A DNA stretch of 64,000 bases from Lytechinus pictus (Eukaryota). The DNA lies in NCBI RefSeq assembly GCF_037042905.1, contig NC_087252.1, positions 8,806,001 to 8,870,000 on the forward strand, written 5' to 3'. This document shows, piece by piece, positions 23,994-36,932 of this stretch (position 1 is the stretch's first letter; each line of letters opens with the position of its first letter). The notes beneath the pieces are model-generated. The model ran no database searches. It had not been told where the DNA came from and saw nothing but the letters and a program-made list of their open reading frames with translations. A program made the translations under genes and the position numbers.

Positions 23994-25301
23994 GGGCAAG
24001 TCCAAGAAAAGGTCACCCTAGAAGACAAAATTTCATCTTTAATTTAAAAAGTTATCTTTGGTGGGGTAAGAAAGCCAAAATGTTGAATTTTAAAATTGCA
24101 TTAAGAAAATGTTGATAATATGCATATTCATGCTAATTTCGGGCACCTAATTTGCATAATTGGTAAAATGGGCATTACGTATGGGACAATTATAAAAACT
24201 CATAGAAAATTAAAACAAAACTTATGAGATTTAGTCATAGGTGAGACATGGACCCCCTAACATCTTATTACTTTTGGGGGAAAAAGTGGTGTCATCTAAT
24301 TAATTATGCAAATTAGGTCTTGTCCAAGGATGGAATGTCCCATACGTAACATTTTGAGGATGTTTTTTAAGTTATTTCTCATAATACAATATTGTTGCAT
24401 CTCTGGGAAGTTCTAATTTATTAAGTATGAAAATTGATGTTATACCACAAAAAAATTCAAAAATAGAGTTTACTTTTTAATTAAAAGTTAATTAAAAAGT
24501 TGTTACGTATGGGACATTTACACACAATGTCAATGGGGAGATTTGTGTACAAAGTGAATGGAGAAAAACAAATTTCATGAGTGCTCTAAAAATTGATTAT
24601 TTACCTTTTCTTTAGTTTTTAAAGACTGATTTGTTATGAATACTGATAAATGAAAACAATTGAAATGAAAAAATTGTGAAAATTGAAAAATATGAAAAAA
24701 ATAAAAAACAATAGAAATACATAAGAAATTCATGAAACCATGAAAAACAAGAAAAAAAAAGTTGAAATGGCTAATTTCCTTTTCAGTCATATCAAATATG
24801 TCTCAAGTCACCAGAACATTTTAAAAGAAAGGAACTCTTTTGTTATTTCCATATTTCAAACTATTTCAAATTTTTGAATTATGGGGAAAATTGTGTACGT
24901 TCTCTATGGGGACAAAATGTCCCATACGTAACATGTCATAAATTTGTTTAATTAGAGGGATCTGGCTTATGACATAAAACTTGCCTTAGTCTATACTAGA
25001 GTATTGTGACTTCTATCACACTAAGTTACAAGTTGTCAAATGAAATACTTTCAGAGAATTCTTAACTAGAAAAAAAGTTCTAAAAATTGTCTTTTTTCTG
25101 CGTCCCATACGACATGGCACATCTTTTCTCTCTAAAAGGTCAAGGTCATATGTCACCATTTTTCGCATGATTATTCTTCTCCTAGATTTCTACCATCATG
25201 AAGGTATTCAATCTAATCAAAGTCATTTAACACTATTTTTCAGGTCATTAAAGCCTCTGAAATGTCCCATACGTAACGCGCGCGAATTCTTGGACTTGTC
25301 C
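23994..25301. mobile_element. Non-autonomous Sola1-like DNA transposon
   Basis: TIRs GGGCAAGTCCAAGAA / TTCTTGGACTTGTCC, 4-bp AAAT duplication (AWWT type), and recurring TGTCCCATACGTAAC motif in both orientations. Confidence 0.7.
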
Positions 25302-25853
25302 AAATATCTTGCATCAAAAATACATAAAGAATCAAACTGAATATAGAAAAATAACTTCTAGCAAATATAGAAATAAGGTTACTATTGCAATATGTCAGTG
25401 CAAACAATTGCAATATAATTATAAACTCGTTTTTATAATACATAGGATAATATCAGAAGTGCCGATGTACATGTAGTTCACTACGTAAGGGTGTCATGTC
25501 CGTTACCCTACATGTAGTTGTACATTGTATTGTCAAATACTAAGCCACGAAGAAAAAAATAATCTTCACTATCAACTTTCATATTTATAAATTAGGTTTG
25601 GTCGGTGGGATTCCGTGGGAATAACTGGAAAATGTTCATGAATTGATACTATCTGGTGTTTTAGAATAAATTTTTCTCAATATTTTTTTGTTTTATAAAT
25701 ATTGTAGGAAAAGCCCCCTCTTAAATCACAAAAACAAATGAGATACATGTATTAATACAGAATATCCATTATTATGTGTGTCTCTAGCCTTAATTTAAAC
25801 ATGTAAATTAGAATTCTACCATATCTTGTAATAAAAGGATTATATTCGCTTAA

Positions 25854-27324
25854 AGTTGAATTAAGGGGGTGAGTTTCCATAAATATAGGTTCTACACACA
25901 ATATATAGTATATATAAGTTGTTCAAACAGATAGCATGTCACAAAAATCCTCTGCCTTCTCGATATTTTGCTTTGAAAGTCTATGAAATTAGCCACCTGT
26001 CAGAGCCCGAGAGACGAGTGTACAGAAAAGCCACTCGGAGTGTGACGTCACCGGGGGGAATTTAGTATAAGAGGTGCCTGAATGTCATACAGAAATGCTA
26101 TGCAGAGAGAGAAAGATATTTTACAATTTTTTTTCAAAGCAACTCAAATCAAACAAATAGGACTGATATGTACAAATATTTACTTTCCCTGTATAAAAAA
26201 CAGTATGAATAACCATCATGAACTCTTCAATCATGATGTAAGATAGCAAACAGTGAGTTATTGAATGATATTTTCACTATTTCTCATTTATTTTATCACG
26301 ATGTTCAATCAAGTGAATAGCTGGAAAGTAATTCCGGCGGCTGGCTCAGCTCTCGCTCAGCGCGCGCTGAACGCATAATACTAGTACACACAACACCCAG
26401 GCATTGAGTGTACTACTGTTATGGTCTGGTATGTCGACTTAGTTCATGGCCGTGCAGCGATCCCCTGGCGTTTTTTCTTCTTTTCTTTTGTCTTTGACTC
26501 CACTTTTATATCCTCTGGATCATTTCCACTCATAGCTCATTCCACAGAACAATCTTGAACCAAACGTATTATTCTTTCTCGGCCTTCTGAGTTGTTTTCT
26601 ATATTTAATTACGCTAGGGGTCACCGTCACACATACAAACGCAATTCGCAAGTGAGTTGAAGACAGAGAGATATATTATAGTAATTAGTATACATATCTA
26701 TGGTTGAAGACAACAAGAAAGGTATGCGGTACGGTAGCTCGACAGCTAGCTGCGCCGGAGCGGGCGGCCGGTCGGCACAAAGCAATTCCGCAACCAACTG
26801 TGTTTTTTTGCAAGAGCCGCGTCACACGCGGATAAATATGTCATAATAACACGTCTGCTACGTTATCGACTGGTGAAAAGATCTCGATCAAATTTCATAT
26901 TATTCACCTTGAAATTATTCCTTTAGGGTCTATGGTATCATTCTGAGGGAATTTACATATTTGGAATAATAGTACGGCCACAAATATTTTAATCATTTCC
27001 TCTTTGCAAGTTCTATGGCTCGCAGATACAACTTCAACTGCAGTTATTCCATATGAAGGCGTACGTGCATAGTACACAAAGCGGCACTGCCTTGTTTACT
27101 TCACCGGGACCGAATACCCCCGGTGACGTCACACTCAAAGAACACCCGTCTCGGTAGGCATTGCAGGAGCGAACTCAGGGAAAATGGGTAGGGATAAATC
27201 GTTCAAATTCACTATTTTGAAAAAAGAAAATGGGGGGTCGAATCACCTCTTAGTGTTTGGGGGGTTGTAAGGTTGCTATTAATGTAAATATCTCAATATT
27301 TGGAATCGTCTTCTTAATTCAACT
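25854..27324. mobile_element. Non-autonomous Kolobok-like element
   Basis: TTAA|AGTTGAATTAAG ... CTTAATTCAACT|TTAA and internal inverted GAGTGTGACGTCACCGGGG pair (about 26038 and 27137). Sits inside an element with TGTCATGTCCGTTAC repeats (about 25490-27771). Confidence 0.75.
26656..26710. mobile_element. 39-bp CA...TG remnant inside an 8-bp TSD (P-like footprint)
   Basis: GTTGAAGA|CAGAGAGATATATTATAG...TAGTATACATATCTATG|GTTGAAGA. Confidence 0.7.
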
Positions 27325-29759
27325 TTAAAAAAGTGGACGAAACTGTCATGTCCTTTACACTACTGTACGTGTGTCATGTCCGTTACGCAACATTTTGAGC
27401 TATGAATACAGAATGCACTACAAAATTGTTGTTAAACACCATTTTATGAATGGAGCATGATCTTAAGGTTTAATTAACACCAACATCAAGTGCACGCAAT
27501 CTAAGAATTCACAGGAATTTTGATAAACAATACATGTAGGAGGTCAAAATGCTTCGTCCATTTTCGTGTCATATCCGTTACGCTCACAAAAAGTGCATTT
27601 CCTCGGCAACTGTTTAATGAAACGATTTGATATTTCATGTGTATGTAACTTATACTTAAATGTGTCTGATAAACTCAGTGACAAATATAAAAAAAACTCC
27701 CAATTCTACTGTATGAAGCTTTGAAGAACAAAATTTGTCTGAATGTCATGTCCATTTCTCTGGAATTGACCATCTACATGTATCAAAAGCTTTTGATTAC
27801 AAGTATAAATCATGATATTCTTAAATTATTATGAAAATGAGATATGGTACTACGGTATCAGAAGTCTTCCCTTAGATTGGTTCAAAAGCTATCTTTATAA
27901 TCGCAGACAGTATGTACATTTAATGGTTCATCTCCTATACATAACATTAATATTAATGTTCCTCTGGGAACTGATCTACTTTTTATGTATATAAATGAGT
28001 AGAGGACACTTACAAACAGTAAATAGATCTAAATGAACAACAATGAATTATATCACTTAACAAAGAAAAAAATAAATAGCAATTAAATTTTGTATAACTT
28101 ATGAATTAAAGATTAAATTAATTTGTAAATAAGCAGGATGGGTGAAGTGTCCTGGGTTGCACAATAGTACATAACGTATTTACAAAAAAATTGAAAATGG
28201 AGCCCCCGAAAAAAAAATCCCTATGATTTGTACCTGTATCTTTTATCAGATTGTGGAAATAAATCAATTAAAAAAAAATCTAATCATACAGGCCTAAGCA
28301 CACTTTTCTCTAACCCAGGGAGCTCCTGAGGCACAAATGGATCCTCAAAAAATAGGAAAAGTTCTTCAACTTGGCCTTGCTTACTAAACTTTAGTAGGGA
28401 GTTCAGCACTCATCCTACGAACGAGGTTATAAGTTCGGTGACTTTTTGAAATCTCGAAGGAATCCCAACAAATTTTATATCATTGGAAAGCTTGTGAAAT
28501 AATACAAAAAATAATGGTGCTTCAATCAACTCATTGTCTGATATATTGACAGAGATATTCCAATTTACAGGGTAAAATATGCAGATTTTGTTCTGTCAAA
28601 AAAATAAAGGCTTGTTTGAGTGGGGGAGACAGTGGCTTTTTGAAATCTTGAAGGAATCCCAACAAATTTTAATAGTACCATTGGAAAGCTTGTGTAGTAA
28701 GAAAAAAGAATGGTGCATAAATCAACTCATGTCAAATATTGACAGAGATATTTCTGTTTAAAAGGGAGAATGTGCAGTTTTTTTACAGCAAAAGTAGATT
28801 TTCATAACTTACACAAAATACAATGAATGGAACTGTGTAATACTTTTTTTTTTAAGTGCAATGCGCTGCATGCCTTCTTCTTCATCTCTATAAAGTATAA
28901 GTACAGTCCACCGTCTCGCCGTCTGGCATATTGTCCTTGAATGCCCCTGAATTATACATCATTTTATCCATAAAACTTCAAAGTTTCTCATGGTATAGGT
29001 TTCTATAGGGTATTTCCTCCTCCTTTAATGGCTTCATACTTGTTTTATACATGGGTGCACAGCAGTCTTGGAGGTCTCGAGGCCCGCTTTGCCAGTCCTC
29101 GGCCTCGTAATGCCGTGACTCGTCCTCGTAGCATGCGGCCTCGATGACTCAGCTCGAGGCCAGGTTTGAGGCCAGAAGATTTAATACTAATCTGGTGAAA
29201 TTAATAGTCAGTATTATTCTTTGAAGTATTTTCCAATAATATTTCATGGAAAATGTATATCCTACGATTGATAATAAAGTTTATTTGCCCATGATTTGCC
29301 TCAACGCTAAAAGCTGCGCACATCAGTTTTGTGGTATAGCAGGCCGTACGGGCAGCGGACTACACAGCGCATTGCACTGTGCAGCTGCATGTATTGTGTA
29401 TACGATTGCATCCATGGGTAACTCGGCCGTATCGTAGGAAGAACTCGGCAGTCTATAAATCACACTTCAGTTGAACTGTTTCTTTCTCTCTTTTTTTCTT
29501 TTTAAGATATGAAATCCTTGTTTCGGAGATTCTTACATCTAGAAGTTTTCAAATTTTTTCATTGATATTTAACACAGTAAATAATATCAAATAATATTGA
29601 ATTAAAGTGTTTATAAATTTGTGTTTTTAACAAGAGCATATTGCAATTACGGTAACTGAATTATTTGCCCCATTTTTCTCAGGCGCAGGCCGAATTCGCC
29701 CACCACGTGAATAAATGAACGAGCGTACCCGCGTAGCCTGCATGCAGTGCCTATATATA

Positions 29760-30579
29760 CAGTGCGTCCCAGAAAAAACGAAACCGAGATTTAGCGATGA
29801 TTTATCATAACTTAATCATAAATAAAATAGACAAATGACCTACCAATGTAAAGCTTAGAATCTCCTCTTTAATCTGATATTACTTAGATAATTCCTCATT
29901 CACGCATGAGTAAGCAAAAACAATTTGAGGAAAGGATACCAAAAACTCAGTTGGCGGGGGGTATCTGAATTTCAAAGAGAAAATCACATGACTGAAAAGT
30001 TCAATATCTGCTCTTTTATTTGATACCTTAATCACAGAAAATGGTCACGAAGTAAAAAAGTTATGATCCCTCGAAACAATGCTTGTATTTCCATAATTTC
30101 ATTAAATAAACGTGTTTTCACTGGTTTCCCACAGAAGCTATCGCACGGTAACAAAAGACTTAATGCATGGCTGATCGTCAACAAAACTCAATGTCGAGAG
30201 AGTTTGAACGCTAGCCTGTAAAACCTCTTTATTTTATGAAATTATTGAAATTCAAGCCTTATTTCAAATAACCAGAACTTTGTTATTTCTTGACCATTTT
30301 CTGTAATTGAGGTATCAAATTAAAGAGCATATATTGAACTTTTTAGTCATGTGGTTTTCTTATTACAACCCAGATACGGCCCGCCAAATGAGTTTTTGGT
30401 ATCCTTTCTTCAAATTGTTTTTGCTCACTCATGCGTGAATGATGAATTATCTAAGTAATGCCAGATGAAAGAGGAGATTCTAAGCTTTAAAATGGTAGGT
30501 CATTTGTCTATTGTATTTGTGATTAAGTTATGATAAATCATCGATAAATCTCGGTTTCGTTTTTTTGTGGGACGCATTG
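29760..30579. mobile_element. Tc1/mariner-type MITE with long inverted arms, nested in the hAT element
   Basis: TA|CAGTGCGTCCCAGAAAAAACGAAACCGAGATTT ... AAATCTCGGTTTCGTTTTTTTGTGGGACGCATTG|TA; the arms pair over about 300 bp. Confidence 0.9.
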
Positions 30580-30631
30580 TATAGCCATAGTAAAATCTCT
30601 CAAACGAAAAAGCTTTAATTTAACAGGAGTC

Positions 30632-30835
30632 ATGTCCGCAGATTTACGGATAATCAGATTTGCATACCGTGAACATGAGGAGTTTGAAGGAAAGGGGAAG
30701 AAGAAACACCGAGCACGATGCAGGTTTTGCAAACCTTCAGCTCCCAAGCTCAGTGAGTTTAAAGGGACAACCTCAAATTTCACCAGGCACATTCAACGTG
30801 TGCACAAGGCAAACTGCTCGATTATCTCACGATAA
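30632..30835 (+). pseudogene. BED zinc-finger N-terminal remnant of hAT transposase
   Basis: ARCRFC...GTTSNFTRHIQRVH fits the BED finger pattern. No DDE catalytic region is visible downstream. Confidence 0.85.
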
Positions 30836-31799
30836 TTCATGAATTTCTTGACGTTGTGGTTGTTCTGTGGTCTTGAAGTTGAATTGCAATTCAAATTTTG
30901 CAAAATGATACGGTGCTAATAATGCACTTCAATTGATGCACTTTCGTATTAATGTCCGATGATAAATAAACATAGGGTCTTTAGGGAAAGAAAATAGAGC
31001 AAGCCTAACGTTAGTCCTACTCCTACTATAGGCTAGAGCCTTTTGTAGAGGTTGCATATGCATCAATTTACCTTTCATCTCAGTTTAATTTCTCATCCAG
31101 TTCATCTTTATTGCATTGCCGTCGGCAAGACAAGTTAGACCCCATCTTCTTTTCTTTCTCCCTTTCTTCAGTTCAGGTGTCAAAGTAATTTTAAAAGGTA
31201 TAAAGTAAACCAACTAAAATATGACATTATTTTAATTTGTTGTTTACTTATATGACATTTTAATTTGTTTACTTAAACCTTTTAAAGTAAACGACAAATT
31301 AAAATAATGTCATATTTCAATTTGTTGTTTATGTATTAATTTTAAAATATGACATTAATTAATTTGATTTGTAGGCCTATGAGTATGACTATGTCGTATT
31401 TTAATTTGTTTACTTTAAAGTAACTTTAATTTAAACTAGCTTTTAGAGTAGGCCTAGGGCCTAAACAAATTAAAATATGCCATTTAATTTGGTGACTCGG
31501 ACCACGGTGACTCGACTACAAGACTGGTGCACAGACAGATACAAATTCTGAAAGTGGCATTTCACCGAACTCCCCAACTTTAGTTTAACTCCCCAACTTT
31601 AGTTTAAGTTCACAAATGGCGTTTTGCATGTGTCCCACCTACTGAGTTCCGTGTATCCATTTCCTTAATAATTGAGTAAGAAAGTTTTTCGTATAAATTC
31701 TGCGTATTCTGTGGAAGACGTTAAAACAAAAACGTCGTCCGAAATCTTATCAAATATCTCTTTCATTATTTATTTGATATACAATAGAAAAATACTCAC

Positions 31800-31930
31800 A
31801 ATGAACTGGCAACTGCAACAACAAAGACTGAAACAAGAGTTTGAATTTACAATACAATCAGTCTGCGTTCCTCGTCCTCGATCGTCAGCTGGAATACAGC
31901 GCCCTCTGCGTCGCTCCCGCGTGCATAAAT
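31800..31930 (-). promoter_or_regulatory. Putative promoter and first non-coding exon of the zinc-finger gene
   Basis: Local CpG-rich patch, minus-strand donor GTGAGT at 31799-31794, and CTCF-like GCAGAGGGCGCTG on the minus strand (about 31897-31909). The link to the gene is inferred. Confidence 0.4.
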
Positions 31931-31935
31931 TATGG

Positions 31936-31985
31936 GGGCACTCCACTGAACTAGAAATACGTATTTCTAGTTCAGTGGGGCACTC
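31936..31985. mobile_element. P-element-type excision footprint (17+17 bp palindrome in 8-bp TSD)
   Basis: GGGCACTC|CACTGAACTAGAAATAC-GTATTTCTAGTTCAGTG|GGGCACTC. Confidence 0.8.
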
Positions 31986-32768
31986 CCACGGAAATGAAAG
32001 GAAGGGAAGGCTTATACCCGTCCACAATGCACGCACCGGTCTGTCGCCATTTCAATAGCCCTCCTCTTCGCTTGAGTGCACTGAGCGCCATCTTGCTAGT
32101 CCCTCTTGTTTGTCGGATCGTACGGTGCATGCACGTAGCTCGGAATTCAACTCAGAATTAGATAACAGTCCCGAGCGAAGATTTCTAGCTTATTTCATAC
32201 ATTTTCTACAATTGAAATATTTCATTTATCACTGAAAATTTCCAAATAAGATCCCTGACTTTTTTTTTAAAGGTATGAGCTAATTACAACTTGCATGCAT
32301 CGCTAAAAAACAAAGGTTAACTTTTTGCTCATTTTCGTAGGTGGAGCTTTGGTTTTGGAACATTGAACTTTCTCTGTTTATTTATGCACTGTTAACATGT
32401 TCATTACTATGTTTGGTCGTAATTCTCTTAATTTATCTGTATTTTTTGTTGATTATATGCTTTATTTTTCAATAAATATGTAATAAAAAAAAATACCGTC
32501 GCTCGAGCACGTACAGTACAAGAAGCTGCAGATGAATATATCAAGCTAGTATTTCCAATAACCCTATTGGTATTTGCCTTACTGTTATACTGAAAGAATT
32601 GATTTTTTAATTTATTTTTTACAGGGGTTGTCACTCATAATGGTTAGACGCGTGTATTTGAGTGTCCGAAAGTCTACACACAGCTTCAACACAGGGAACC
32701 GTGGTTTTCATGAACGTAATATTGCAGAAATCCGGGTATATCTTTATGACTATTAATGATCTCACATG

Positions 32769-35049
32769 TGGATTACAAAATTCTTGCACAAGATCTTGCC
32801 AAACGACTACAAAATGTAATAACGAGCATTGTATCTCCCGATCAAAGTGGTTTTATTAGAGAAAGGTCTTCAGCCGAAAATATACGTCTGGTGCAAGATA
32901 TAATTGATTATTATCAGGGCATAAAAGCCCCGGGCATAATTATGTTTCTGGATTTTGAAAAAGCCTATGACAACATAAGTCATAATTTTCTATTTTACCT
33001 TTTAAAAAGATAAAATTTTGGAAATTCATTCATTCGGTGGATTCAATCGATGTATAAAAACGCAAAAGGCCGTGTGCTAAATCATGGCTGGATCTCTGAA
33101 ACTTTTCAAATTAAAAGAGGTGTAAGGCAGTGGTGCCCCCTCTCATCACTACTTTTTATTATTGTTGCAGAAGTTTTGGCGACGAAAATTAAACAGAATC
33201 ATAAAATTGAAGGTCTCAGTTTACCGATTTCGCAGTTGAATGATGATCAAGTAGAAGTAAAAATATCTCAATTTGCAGATGATTCAACTATATTTATGAA
33301 AAATAAAAATTATCTTTCTATTTTGATGGAAGAATTAATACTATTTGGTTCAAATGCTGGGCCAAGGATTAATTTGCAAAAAACCAAGCTGCTGAATCTT
33401 AATATTGATATTGTCCCCGGACAAATAGAATGTACTGAAGAACCGATAAAATATTTAGGTATATATGTTGGGAAAAATGAGAAAGATGTTGAAGATTATA
33501 ATTGGCAAAATAAACTAGATAAGATACAAAATATTATTAGAGAATGGAAACTAAGAAATCTAACATTTTCGGAAAGATTATTATCATCAAAACTTTGTTG
33601 GTGTCTCAAATTGTGTATCCTGCAAAAGTGATAAGAGTTCCCCAAAAAGTAATAAAATCTCTAAATAAAATGTTATATACTTTCATTTGGAATTCTTCAA
33701 AAGAAAAGGTTAAAAGAAATGTTTGTATAAATAAAACAAATGAAGGTGGTCTTAGTATGGTCCACTTGGAATCGAAAATTGAATCGCTTAAGATTTCGTG
33801 GATAAGCAAGTTGTTAGAGCAAGGCGAACGTAGTTGGAAATTTCTTTTTAATTACTGGTTATCAAAGATTGGTGAAATTCCTTTATGTTTTGAATACAAT
33901 ATATCAACAAAAGATATGAATTTTCTTTGTACAAAAGCAAATATACCTAGTTTTTACCATGATTTTTTTTTGTAGCTGGTCTAAGTTAAGATATATTGGT
34001 ATATTTGGAGTAAAAAACATTGAAAATGAAATCATTTGGAATAACAGCAATATTACTTTTAATAAACGTATGTTGGTATTTGAGAAATGGAAGCATGCAG
34101 GTATAATTAGGGTTAAAGATGTTTTAAGAAATTGTCAGTGGTTAGCACCAAATATTTTAAATAAATCTGTCTATTCTTCTCAGCTTTTATTTGATTTAGA
34201 ATATGCTAAATTAAAAAAGTCTTTTCCTGTTTATTGGTTGAATAAGTTGTTTAAGGAAAATTATCCACTCGAATAAAAAAAAAAGTGAACGAATCTTAAT
34301 TTCATTAAAAAGTGGAAAACAAATAACTCTAGATTATTTACCAACAAGAAAGATATATTCTTTATTATGTTCGGAGGTATCGGAAGAACCAGGCATTGTT
34401 TCTTTTTGGTCTAATCTTTTTTCATTACCAGTTTCCTTTAGTTGGAACCATGTATTTTATTTTAAGTTGCATTTAATTGTGGATAATAGAATTAGACAAT
34501 TTAGTTTTAAATTTTTGAACAAGATTTTACCCTCAAGAGACAATTTATTTAAGTGGCATGTAGTAGAAAACAACTCATGTAACATTTGCAGAAAAGTTGA
34601 TACCACTTTTCATTTCATACTGTATTGTAAATATGTTCGATTTTTTTGGAAAATTATAGAAAAGTTGGTATTTTATATTTTCAAGATTACTATTTCTATA
34701 GATGAAAAAAACATTAATCATATGTTATGATCTGCAAAGTTCCAGCAATGTTATGTGTAATTCATTTTGCGTTATTGCTCAATTTGTTATTTATCGAAAT
34801 TACATAAAAAGCATATTCAAAGGAAAAATATATGATGCGAATTCTTTATGGATTGAATTCAAGCTCACTATGATTATTTATTTAGAAAGTTTATGTAAAC
34901 AAAAAAGCAAGTTCGGAATTTTGAAAAAATGTGATATTCAAAAAATTATTGCATTATTGAAGTGAATTGATTTTTTTCTATTGTTTGTATATATATGTAC
35001 ATGTTATTGTGAATAAATACCTCGATTAAGAGGATAAAAGAAAAAAATG
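32769..35049 (+). mobile_element. 5'-truncated L1/Tx1-clade LINE (RT plus C-terminal CCHC), disrupted
   Basis: DYKILA, DQSGF, DFEKAYD, RGVRQxCPLS, SQFADD, KYLGI, GGL and CNIC...HFILYC are spread over frameshifted ORFs. AATAAA plus A-rich tail, and 13-bp TSD ATGATCTCACATG (32756-32768, 35050-35062). Confidence 0.92.
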
Positions 35050-36932
35050 ATGATCTCACATGAGATTGATAATAGTGTGAAAATTTGATGTAAATATTAT
35101 TACAATTAATGCACTATTTACCTACGTCTCGATGTTCATTTAAAAGTGTCCATGTTTACAACTCTTGCTATGGCAAACGGTCTGAAATCACCCATATTTT
35201 CGAGACATGGCAACAATGCTAAATAGATTACCTACAGTTTGATGTATAAAACTTTATGACTGGTATAATGGTTACATCTCGTTTTTTCCCCAAACTTTCA
35301 GATCGAGCAGGCAGAACATGGCATATTTCTGTGTACAACGTCACGTGACTAATGTATGATAGTTTCCGTTACTTGACCAATTTTATTTGAAAACAATTAA
35401 TGCAGTCCAAACAAACTTAATTAACGCATTTAATGTTGAAAGTAACAATGTTCTTGTACTATGAAGCTTTGCTTACTGATATTTATCATATAGCTACATT
35501 TTGAGGAAGCAAATATTGAGTCCGGAATTGATTTTGATTTGCAATAGGGTCTGTGTAGGTATACTATATACTAGCAGGCTAGCATCGTCTGCTACGTAAA
35601 CCAAATGAGCGAAAATGACCGAAACTAACCATTATGATATGTCTATGCTTTTTCTTTTCAGTCTGGTTCTTTTTTTTGGCAGTTCACTTATTTAAGTCTG
35701 ATTTATTTATAGTGTACATCCCTGAACAACTGATATTACAATTTTAAATAAATTGTTTACATTTTACTTGGGGTGGGCTAAAGTTGGCATGTACGTCTTA
35801 TTGTGGACATATACGTGGCATCGATCCCTGTGTTTTGGATGGGGGCAAAAGTTTGTTTTTTTAATTTAAAAATTTCGGCGCATGCACAAACTTTTTCATG
35901 CACGCAAAGCACGCCATAGAAATTGTCATTTCTTTATGTTTATGGTAGTTTTTCCCCCAAACAATTACATTTGCATAGCATATAAGCCTATCATAAATTG
36001 ACAAAATGTGGAAATCACTTTTTTTTTTTTTGGGGGGGGGGGTGGAAATCGATGTTTGCCCCCAATATTTTCAGGTGGGCATCACCCCTTCATGCCCCCC
36101 CCCCGTTGATCATCTGATGGTAATGAAATAATATAAGACTTATCACTGCATAGATATGGGTCATGTTACTAAAATATGAATGTAATTATTATTCATAGTA
36201 TCAAGGCTTAACGCCGGATATGGGTTATGTATTTGGCACGTTACTCCATATTTCCGTGAAATATGTATTGATCTCGCTGGATTATATTTTTACATCTCTG
36301 GATTTATTAGTTTAATTTTTTTTTAGCTTTTGCAGATTAAGAAGCGGATCGATCGATCCATGGTAATGGAAACAATAACAATAATAAGCTCCTCTAAACA
36401 AACGATTTCAGCAGTGTTCCCAAAGATCTGCCAAAAAATAAATTTACCAATATATTGGGTATGAGATTGTATTTACGCTTACCCTGCTTATTTCCTGCTG
36501 CAAAACAAATATGTTATTAAATACATTTGATACTACCATTTCGTACTAAGATTAATTGAGAAATAAGTTCCCTTCTGATTCATTAAATCGTTATAGAAAC
36601 AATACGATTATCGTTAGTGGATAATAATTTTGGAATGATTTCCAAATTTACCTAACATTGAGCAATGTTCCATTTACAGATATTAAAAAGAAATGAATTT
36701 CCATATCCTTAAAAGGGGGGGGGGGGCACATTTTCCCGAAGAAAATTTGACAATCCAATAAAAAAAAAATGTTCTCACCTAAAATGGAAGGAAATTTCGT
36801 CCACGTAAAATTTGAATTTGAAAAGCAAAAAAAAAGTCCTCATTCGTGTATGAAAGTCATATTACCATAAAAAAAAATATATGCTGTGACTTTCAAAGGG
36901 GGGGGGGGGGACACTCGTGTAAAAACGGCATT

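Larger units (their letters stand above)
23250..27995 (+). pseudogene. Old fragmented CR1/L2-type LINE ORF2 interrupted by DNA transposons
   Basis: Remnant motifs GDFNIDL (about 23513), HIDNLFTN, DVSDHF, KKPWFNNGLKK (about 23943), SKAFD and YYGIRSLPLDWFKSYLYNRRQYV (about 27783-27915). Confidence 0.75.
29063..31526 (+). mobile_element. Internally deleted hAT transposon
   Basis: TIRs CAGTCTTG.AG / CTACAAGACTG, perfect 8-bp TSD GTGCACAG (29055-29062, 31527-31534), subterminal CTCG repeats, and a BED finger ORF inside. Confidence 0.9.

Noticed and set aside
31569..31652. 20-bp tandem duplication and a lone TTCCGTG end
   Set aside because: No matching partner terminus or TSD could be established.
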